Positions 57,267-64,000 of a DNA stretch of 64,000 nucleotides are shown here, piece after piece. The position numbers and the translations under genes are program-made. Source of the stretch: Hydrogenophilales bacterium. GTDB lineage: Bacteria > Pseudomonadota > Gammaproteobacteria > Burkholderiales > Eutrophovitaceae. The notes beneath the pieces are model-generated. The model saw only the letters and a list, made by a program, of their open reading frames with translations. It was not told the origin of the DNA and made no database searches. The first letter of the stretch is position 1. Each line of letters begins with the position of its first letter. The stretch lies in NCBI GenBank assembly GCA_902627495.1, contig CACOJS010000001.1, positions 6,229 through 70,228 on the forward strand. The letters are read 5' to 3'.

Positions 57267-58376
57267 TTACCTATTCAAATTGTCTAAGGGGTTTTTATCC
57301 CAAGGTGGATTAAAAAAGTTATCGACAATCTCAGGTTTAATTGCCGTAAATTCTTTAAACGTCCAATTTGGATTATTATCCTTGTCGACTAATCTAGCTC
57401 TTACGCCTTCAGGAAATTCTCTATGCCTCAAGAATTGTGCCGTCATGATCATTTCTTTTTTGAAAATATCCCATAAAGGAAGGCCTTTAAATTTTTTTAA
57501 TTGTTTTTGAACGACCAATGCTGCCAAAGGACTTCCATAGGCTAGATTTTTTTGCATCCGAGCAATCCATTTGTCTTCTGAGTTTATCGAGTAGAGTCGC
57601 TTATAAATATCGCTAAGATTACCTCCCGCCATAGCTTTCTCAATAGCACCTCCATGTTTATCTATTCGTCTGGTTAGCCCCCCCTTTTCTAGACTACTAC
57701 TTTCAGCTAGGCCCTCGATAATTTGATCAACGATTGAGTTTATATCTTGGTGATTGCTTTCCGATGTAAGGCAGAGTTCGCTTATAAGTTGTTCTTTTCG
57801 CGAGTTGGAAACAAAGTAATCTGCAAGACCAAGTCCAATAGCATCTAGTCCGTTAATGGGGCTACCTGATAGGCCAAGAAATAGTCCAAATGGCTCAGGA
57901 ACCTTATTTAGAAACCAACTACCACCAACATCGGGGTAGTAGCCAATACCCACCTCAGGCATGGCTAACCTAGAATTTTCGGTAACAATTCTGTGAGAGC
58001 AGCCATTCATTAACCCCATGCCGCCCCCCATGACTATTCCACTGCCCCAGCAGATTATAGGTTTAGGGTAATTGTGTATTTGATAGTCCAAAAAGAATTC
58101 TTTAGCAAAGAAAGTTTCAGCAAATGTTGGTCCACTATTGGCTATATTTTTACGAACGCTTACCACATCGCCTCCAGCACAAAAAGCTTTATCTCCATAG
58201 CCACTAAGAACAATGGTAAAAACATCATATTCTCGCCACAGATCCAATTTTTTTTGGATCTCATTAACCATTCCAAGGTTGAGGGCGTTTAGATGAGAGG
58301 GTGAGTTTAAAATAATCTCACCTACTAAAAGTTGGTTTTGGGCTTTGTGGAGTTTAAAGTCAACAAGATTTGTCAT
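57267..58376 (-). CDS. 3-hydroxyisobutyryl-CoA hydrolase (crotonase family, ECH_2)
   Basis: 369 aa. GDKAFCAGGDV, MPEVGIGYYPDVGGS. Length and C-terminal domain are typical of HIBCH. Confidence 0.82.
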   Translation of the reverse strand: MTNLVDFKLHKAQNQLLVGEIILNSPSHLNALNLGMVNEIQKKLDLWREYDVFTIVLSGYGDKAFCAGGDVVSVRKNIANSGPTFAETFFAKEFFLDYQIHNYPKPIICWGSGIVMGGGMGLMNGCSHRIVTENSRLAMPEVGIGYYPDVGGSWFLNKVPEPFGLFLGLSGSPINGLDAIGLGLADYFVSNSRKEQLISELCLTSESNHQDINSIVDQIIEGLAESSSLEKGGLTRRIDKHGGAIEKAMAGGNLSDIYKRLYSINSEDKWIARMQKNLAYGSPLAALVVQKQLKKFKGLPLWDIFKKEMIMTAQFLRHREFPEGVRARLVDKDNNPNWTFKEFTAIKPEIVDNFFNPPWDKNPLDNLNR

Positions 58377-58419
58377 AAAGAATTTTTGAATGTTTGCATA
58401 AAAATATCAGGTGCCATTT

Positions 58420-59577
58420 TTAAAGAATCAATGACTTTTCTTTAATTAATATTCGATTTGAGATAATTAATTTCATTATCTCACTTGTTCCTTCCAGGAT
58501 TCTATGAACTCTAGAGTCTCGAAGATAACGCTCTAGAGGATATTCTTTTATGTATCCAATGCCTCCAAATATTTGTAGGGCCTCATCGCAAATATCAAAA
58601 CACTTCTCTGTGGCAAAGTTTTTTGCCATGGCACAATACACCGTCTTATCCGGATGGTTATTGTCAAGTCGGCTGGCAGCTAGTCGCACCATTTGTCGAG
58701 ACGCTACAAGGCTAGTGTTCATGTCTGCCACTTTGAATCTCAGAGCCTGGAATTCTGATAGGGGTTTTCCAAATTGATGCCTTTCAAGCATGTAATCGCG
58801 AGATTTCTCAAACGCAATTTGAGCAGCTCCTATTGAACATGCGGCTATATTGATTCTTCCCCCATCAAGTCCTCGCATCGCTATCTTAAATCCATCACCT
58901 TCATTACCCAATAGGTTGTCAGCGGGCACTTCAACATTATCAAAAGATATAGTTCGAGTAGGTTGGCTATTCCACCCCATTTTTTTTTCTTTTCTTCCAT
59001 AGGAGATGCCTTTGGATTTGGCATCTATTACAAAAGCTGAAATCCCGGAAGATTGAGTTTTTTCTGTTTTCGCCATGACCACAAGGATATCAGTTTCTCC
59101 AGCACCTGATGCAAAAATTTTTCCACCATTGATCTTGTATGTGGACCCATGTCTAATAGCCTTTGTTTGAAGAGAACTTGCGTCAGAGCCTGCGTTGGGC
59201 TCAGTTAAGCAATAGGATGCTAGTGCTTTCCCACTGGTGAGAATTTTTCCAAGCTTATTAACTGTAGATTTATTACCAAAATTACAAATCATCCAAGTCG
59301 CCATATTATGTATGGTTATAAAAGCCGTGGTTGAGGTGCACCCCTTGGCAAGCGTCTCAAAAATAATACTGCTATCTAAACGACTCAGGTCTAGGCCGCC
59401 TGCTGATGTCGGTGAATATAAGCCGCATAAACCGAGTTCGCCGGCTTTTTGGATTGTTTTGGTGGGAAAGATTTCTTCTTCATCCCACTTTCTCGCATAC
59501 GGCTCAAGCTCTTTTTGTGAAAAGTTTTGTGCCATTGCAACATAGGCCAACTGATCTGAGGTTAAGTCAAAATCCAT
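58420..59577 (-). CDS. Acyl-CoA dehydrogenase (isobutyryl-CoA dehydrogenase by context)
   Basis: 385 aa. ACAD motifs CLTEPNAGSDA and QIFGGIGY. Substrate is inferred from neighbours only. Confidence 0.8.
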   Translation of the reverse strand: MDFDLTSDQLAYVAMAQNFSQKELEPYARKWDEEEIFPTKTIQKAGELGLCGLYSPTSAGGLDLSRLDSSIIFETLAKGCTSTTAFITIHNMATWMICNFGNKSTVNKLGKILTSGKALASYCLTEPNAGSDASSLQTKAIRHGSTYKINGGKIFASGAGETDILVVMAKTEKTQSSGISAFVIDAKSKGISYGRKEKKMGWNSQPTRTISFDNVEVPADNLLGNEGDGFKIAMRGLDGGRINIAACSIGAAQIAFEKSRDYMLERHQFGKPLSEFQALRFKVADMNTSLVASRQMVRLAASRLDNNHPDKTVYCAMAKNFATEKCFDICDEALQIFGGIGYIKEYPLERYLRDSRVHRILEGTSEIMKLIISNRILIKEKSLIL

Positions 59578-59593
59578 ACTATTAGAATTTGTA

Positions 59594-61105
59594 CTATTTT
59601 AAATTAATGGAGGTGTTTACGCCTGTATCAATATCTTCTTCAAACCATCTCGAAGTAATAGTCTTTGTCTCGGTATAGAATTTAACCGCCTGTTTGCCAT
59701 AGGCATGTTGATCACCATAGAAAGATTTTCGCCATCCGGTGAAGGAAAACATTGGTAATGGCACCGGCACTGGCACATTGATGCCTACTTGGCCTACTTT
59801 AATTTCATGCTGATATTTCCTCGCAACAGCACCACTCGATGTAAAAATTGAGGTTCCATTTCCGTACGGGTTTGCATTGACAACTTCGATAGCGTTTTGG
59901 AGGTCATCAACCTCTAAGGCCACTAAAACCGGACCAAATATTTCCTCTTTATAAATTGACATATCAGTTGTCACATTTTTGAACATAGTCGGGCCTACCC
60001 AGTTCCCTTCTGGAAAGCCCTCTATTTCGCATTTAGAGCCATCTAAGATGCAGTCAGCCCCATCATCTTTACCCTCCTGAATAAAACGAAGGACTCTTTC
60101 CTTAGCTTGTTTGCTAATTAGAGGACCGTAGGCTGACTCTTTATCGGTCCAAACACCTGGGCGGACATTTGCTAACGCATCTCGAACTTCGGTAATCCAT
60201 CGGCGGGATTCTCCCACAAACACAGCCACTGAAATAGCCATGCATCTTTGACCCGCCGCTCCAACTGATGACCCAAGTAAGTTATTAATAACATGTTTTT
60301 TTTGGGCGTCTGGCATGATGATCATATGGTTTTTAGCTCCTGCGAGTGCCTGAACTCTTTTCAGGTGCTCCGTGCCTGTTCTATAGATATGTTCTCCAGC
60401 TGACACTGAACCGACAAATGAAATTGCCGGGGTATCTTTGTGCACCAGGAGTTGATTTACAACACTTTTATCTCCATGGATAATTTGCAAGAGCCCGTCT
60501 GGTGCCCCTGCTTCCATAAACAGTTCACCAAGGCGAGTAGGTGTGAGAGGGTCTTGCTCGGATGGTTTTAAGACAAAAGAATTCCCACAGGCTATTGCCA
60601 TTGGAAACATCCAAAGTGGGATCATGGCGGGAAAATTGAATGGTGTTATTCCAACGCAAACCCCTAACGGTTGGGTGATGCTGTAGCAGTCAATTTTTCG
60701 GGCAACATTCTCGACTGTCTCACCCATGAGCAAACTGGCAATATTACAGGCATGTTCTACGACTTCAATACCTCGCCAGACATCCCCTTTGGCATCTTCT
60801 AGGTTTTTACCCGTTTCCCGTGCCACGATCTCTCCTAATTCATCGTGATGTTTTTTGAGTAAATGTTGGTATCTCAACATCAATCTAGCACGATCACCTA
60901 CCGGCGTGTCTTTCCAAGTTTCAAAGGCCGCCTTTGCACTTTCAATTGCCTCTTCTACTTCTGCATGGGTAGCACATGGGACCGTGGCAAGAATTTCTTG
61001 TGTTGCGGGATCGTTAACGGGAATATGGCGTGACCCTTTGCTCTCAACAAGTTGCCCATTTATTAATAAAGGCACAGTTTTGATGTGTTGTGTTTGATCG
61101 TTCAT
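59594..61105 (-). CDS. mmsA: Methylmalonate-semialdehyde dehydrogenase (CoA-acylating)
   Basis: 503 aa. ALDH fold with GAAGQRCMA catalytic-Cys context characteristic of MmsA. Confidence 0.9.
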   Translation of the reverse strand: MNDQTQHIKTVPLLINGQLVESKGSRHIPVNDPATQEILATVPCATHAEVEEAIESAKAAFETWKDTPVGDRARLMLRYQHLLKKHHDELGEIVARETGKNLEDAKGDVWRGIEVVEHACNIASLLMGETVENVARKIDCYSITQPLGVCVGITPFNFPAMIPLWMFPMAIACGNSFVLKPSEQDPLTPTRLGELFMEAGAPDGLLQIIHGDKSVVNQLLVHKDTPAISFVGSVSAGEHIYRTGTEHLKRVQALAGAKNHMIIMPDAQKKHVINNLLGSSVGAAGQRCMAISVAVFVGESRRWITEVRDALANVRPGVWTDKESAYGPLISKQAKERVLRFIQEGKDDGADCILDGSKCEIEGFPEGNWVGPTMFKNVTTDMSIYKEEIFGPVLVALEVDDLQNAIEVVNANPYGNGTSIFTSSGAVARKYQHEIKVGQVGINVPVPVPLPMFSFTGWRKSFYGDQHAYGKQAVKFYTETKTITSRWFEEDIDTGVNTSINLK

Positions 61106-61204
61106 TTTATGGAGCCTTTTTTGTGAGTGATTACTATTTAAATAACATATACCTTATCATTTTGGCCTTCAACTAAAAATTATTTTCCATCGCCTTTACC
61201 GACT

Positions 61205-63271
61205 TTATCTAAGTGATGCTTCAATATTTCCTCCATCAACAGTTAGTACCGCGGCCGATGTTTTAGTCGCTTTGGCTAGATATACAAAAGCGTCGGCTAC
61301 GTCACTTCCCAAGACCTCTTCATTTAGTAAGTTACTTGACATATATTTTTTTGGATCAATTCCTCTCGCAGCTGCTCTAGAGGTGATAAATTGATCAGTA
61401 AGTAATCCGCTACGAATACGGTCAGCGTTGACGGCGTTTGACCTAATCCCATCTTTGCCATGATCTAGTGCATATTGCTTCATTAGGAACAAAGTTGTCG
61501 CTTTAGGCAAACCATAAGGTCCAAAATTTTTGCCAGGGTTAACAGCTTGTTTGGATGTGTTGAAAAGAAGACATCCCCCAGTTTTTTGTTTCATCATAAT
61601 TTTTACACAGCCTTGTGCCATGAATTGATGGCTCCAAAAATTCAAACTAAAGCTAGCCTTGAGTTTTTCTGTACTCACACTGCCTATTTCACCTTCCCAC
61701 GCAGCTCCTGCATTGGACACTAATATATCAACTCCTCCAAAAATTTCACAGGTTTTAGAAAGTGCCGACGTGATAGACTGGATGTCAGTAACATCGCAAT
61801 ACAGTGCGGTGCCACCGATTTTTTTAGCTAGTTTTTTCGTCCGTTCAATTGCGATATCTAGCAACACTACCTCTGCTCCTTCGTTGGCAAATGCATGAGC
61901 CGTAGCACTACCAATGCCCCCTCCCGCTCCGGTGATTATGACGACTTGCCTCTCTAGAGCCTTCTCTTGAGTCTTAGCAAGTTTGGCTTGTTCAAGCGAC
62001 CAATGTTCTATTTCAAATATTTCTCTTTCTGTAATACATTCAAATGAGCCAATTTCTTCAGCATTTGTGATTACTTGCGCATTAACTTCTCCAAGGTCTC
62101 CTGCAATTTTTGCATTCTTTAAATTATTCCCGGTTGCAAAAAGTCCAAGATTTGGAACTAAGATCACCTTTGGGGTGGGGTCTAGAGCTGTTTTTGAATT
62201 TCCGAAACTTGGGTTGTTTCTGTTGAAATACCTCTTATAGTCATCTATATACATTTTTATCCGCTTGCTAGTATCAATTTCCCAGGTTGCTAGTTTGCCG
62301 GCAACCGGGGTTGAAAGAATTAAGGGTTTGGGCTTAATCCTAATAACATGGTCAGGAGTTACAGTGCCTTTTTGGGAATATTTTTTCAGTCTTTTGCCCC
62401 CCACGTATTTAGTAATGGCAGCGTTGGTTCGGTACTCTAAAATTAGTCGCTTGTCTTGATGGGAGCGGTTCGGGGTAATTCTTGATAACAATCCCCTTAG
62501 TATCGGGGCGACATCAGATGGCGTTGCCACATCCGAGCTAGCTGTTCCCTGGACGAGAGTTTCTTTTCTAGATTGATCAATTTTTTCTTCCGCTATTGAT
62601 ACTAGATGAATCATCCTGTCGTAGGCCTCTTTGGCAGTTTTTCCAAAACTTACCAATCCGTGCTTTAGCAGCAGCATTCCTATAGGTTTATCATCCTGCG
62701 ATTGCATGGCCTGCTCGAAGCAAATTTTGCTTTGTTTGGCAAGCGCGAATCCGGGCATAATATAAGGCACATAGACAAGCTTATTTCCAAAAGTGCTTTT
62801 ACATATTTCTGCCCCATTAGGTTGGTTACAGAGAGCTAAAATGGCATCGGAGTGAGTATGGTCAATAAATTTATGTGGAAGAAAAGCATGTAGTAGAGTT
62901 TCCACGGATGGGTTGGGTGCTGAAGAGTCCAGTAGGTTGGCTCTTTGTGTGTTTACCATGTCTTCATCAGATAGTTTTTCAAGGCTTATTAAGTTTCTGA
63001 GAGGGTTGATTTTTACAGCTGGGAGCCCAGCGGGCTCTATATGCCCAAGGTCCCAGCCACTTCCTTTGACGCACAACACCTCAGTATTTTCGCCATGAAT
63101 TTGAAGCTTTGTTTTTACCGATGTATTGCCTCCTCCATGAATCACCAGTTTGGGTTCTTGTCCAAGCAGTCGCGATGTATAAACCCTCAGAGCCAAATCT
63201 GGGCTGACCCCTTCTTTTTCGTATTTTTTTATAAATTCTTTGGCGGTTGAATCTGACCAATTATTTTTCAA
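61205..63271 (-). CDS. Bifunctional class II aldolase/adducin-domain + short-chain dehydrogenase fusion (RhaEW/YuxG-like)
   Basis: 688 aa. N-terminal domain VIHGGGNTSVK and DHTHSD (metal His). C-terminal SDR domain with TGAGGGIGSATA and YGLPK. Starts 23 nt after the mtnA stop. Confidence 0.85.
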   Translation of the reverse strand: MKNNWSDSTAKEFIKKYEKEGVSPDLALRVYTSRLLGQEPKLVIHGGGNTSVKTKLQIHGENTEVLCVKGSGWDLGHIEPAGLPAVKINPLRNLISLEKLSDEDMVNTQRANLLDSSAPNPSVETLLHAFLPHKFIDHTHSDAILALCNQPNGAEICKSTFGNKLVYVPYIMPGFALAKQSKICFEQAMQSQDDKPIGMLLLKHGLVSFGKTAKEAYDRMIHLVSIAEEKIDQSRKETLVQGTASSDVATPSDVAPILRGLLSRITPNRSHQDKRLILEYRTNAAITKYVGGKRLKKYSQKGTVTPDHVIRIKPKPLILSTPVAGKLATWEIDTSKRIKMYIDDYKRYFNRNNPSFGNSKTALDPTPKVILVPNLGLFATGNNLKNAKIAGDLGEVNAQVITNAEEIGSFECITEREIFEIEHWSLEQAKLAKTQEKALERQVVIITGAGGGIGSATAHAFANEGAEVVLLDIAIERTKKLAKKIGGTALYCDVTDIQSITSALSKTCEIFGGVDILVSNAGAAWEGEIGSVSTEKLKASFSLNFWSHQFMAQGCVKIMMKQKTGGCLLFNTSKQAVNPGKNFGPYGLPKATTLFLMKQYALDHGKDGIRSNAVNADRIRSGLLTDQFITSRAAARGIDPKKYMSSNLLNEEVLGSDVADAFVYLAKATKTSAAVLTVDGGNIEASLR

Positions 63272-63294
63272 GGCTAAGGCTCCCTAATACGTGT

Positions 63295-64000
63295 CTATCT
63301 CTTTTCTCTTTCATCGGTCGCTAATATGTTTTTTAGCTTGTTCATGTTAATTGGAGAGACGGGGTTTATTAACCCTTTATCTGTGATAAGTCCGGTCACT
63401 AAACGTGCCGGCGTTACATCAAAAGCAGGATTGCTTGCTTTTGGTGAACCAACACCGTGAAGATTATACTTATATTTAATTGATGAGGTGCTAATCATTG
63501 TCACTTCATTAGGCTGTCTTTGTTCGATAGGTATTTCCGTCGTTCCATCATTAATAGTCCAGTCTATTGTGGGAGACGGAACGGCTGCATAAAAGGGTAT
63601 GTCATTATCCCAAGCACTAAGTGCTTTGAGATACGTGCCGATTTTATTGCATACATCACCTCTTGCACTCACCCGATCAGCCCCTACGATTACCATGTCA
63701 ACTTGTTTTTTTTGCATCAAATACCCACCAGCATTATCAACAATAAGCGTATATGGAATACCATGACTAGCCAACTCCCAAGCAGTCAGGAGCCCTTGAT
63801 TGCGAGGTCGGGTCTCGTCCACCCAAACGTGAACGTCAATCCCTTTATCGTGAGCAAGAAATATTGGAGATAGAGCTGTCCCGAGATCAACAGTCGCTAG
63901 CCAACCAGCATTACAGTGAGTAAGGACATTTACGGTTTCTTTTTGATTGCTAACTTTCTCAATTAATGTAAGCCCGTTTTTCCCAAGCAATTTATTTTGT
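63295..64000 (-). CDS. mtnA: S-methyl-5-thioribose-1-phosphate isomerase, C-terminal about 235 aa (5' end beyond window)
   Basis: [39 protein letters not shown] and PFYAAVP are hallmark MtnA/eIF2B-like motifs. The frame stays open to position 64000. Confidence 0.88.
   Translation of the reverse strand, partial: QNKLLGKNGLTLIEKVSNQKETVNVLTHCNAGWLATVDLGTALSPIFLAHDKGIDVHVWVDETRPRNQGLLTAWELASHGIPYTLIVDNAGGYLMQKKQVDMVIVGADRVSARGDVCNKIGTYLKALSAWDNDIPFYAAVPSPTIDWTINDGTTEIPIEQRQPNEVTMISTSSIKYKYNLHGVGSPKASNPAFDVTPARLVTGLITDKGLINPVSPINMNKLKNILATDEREKR

Overview
AT-rich, very tightly packed proteobacterial chromosome segment. The synteny looks beta/gammaproteobacterial: gatCAB divergent from mreBCD-mrdA-rodA, DUF971-ubiE-ubiJ-ubiB, yggS-proC-yggT, nadD-rsfS-rlmH-maf, aceEF. 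I count about 64 protein genes and one tRNA-Arg(CCG). I saw no rRNA, CRISPR array, transposase, integrase, phage genes or recognisable defence genes.

Most of the window is housekeeping: cell-shape and peptidoglycan genes, Asn/Gln-tRNA amidotransferase, ubiquinone synthesis, pyruvate dehydrogenase E1/E2, phoBR, proline synthesis and ribosome maturation.

Four accessory or metabolic modules stand out:
1. 14.4-26.1 kb: an aerobic benzoyl-CoA ('box') island. A boxR-boxC-boxB operon lies divergent from a flavodoxin / benzoate-CoA ligase / 5-gene ABC importer / alpha-beta hydrolase operon. No boxA reductase is present. The shared control region contains a duplicated ATGCATTATA element.
2. 45.9-54.8 kb: a second Liv-type ABC importer bracketed by two different adenylate-forming enzymes. 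One is a PaaK-like protein whose phosphate-binding loop is not recognisable. An AhpD-like CxxC protein follows it.
3. 56.3-61.1 kb: a valine / 3-hydroxyisobutyrate catabolic operon.
4. 61.2-64.0 kb: mtnA tightly linked to a class II aldolase-SDR fusion. This may be a fused 'DHAP-shunt' type branch of methylthioadenosine/5'-deoxyadenosine salvage.

Smaller oddities are an rsfS gene whose conserved N-terminus has no canonical start codon, an orphan DHH/DHHA1 gene beside the largest non-coding gap, and a Pho-box-like site in front of an OprO/P-type porin.

All functional calls rest on motif and family recognition by eye. No database search was run.
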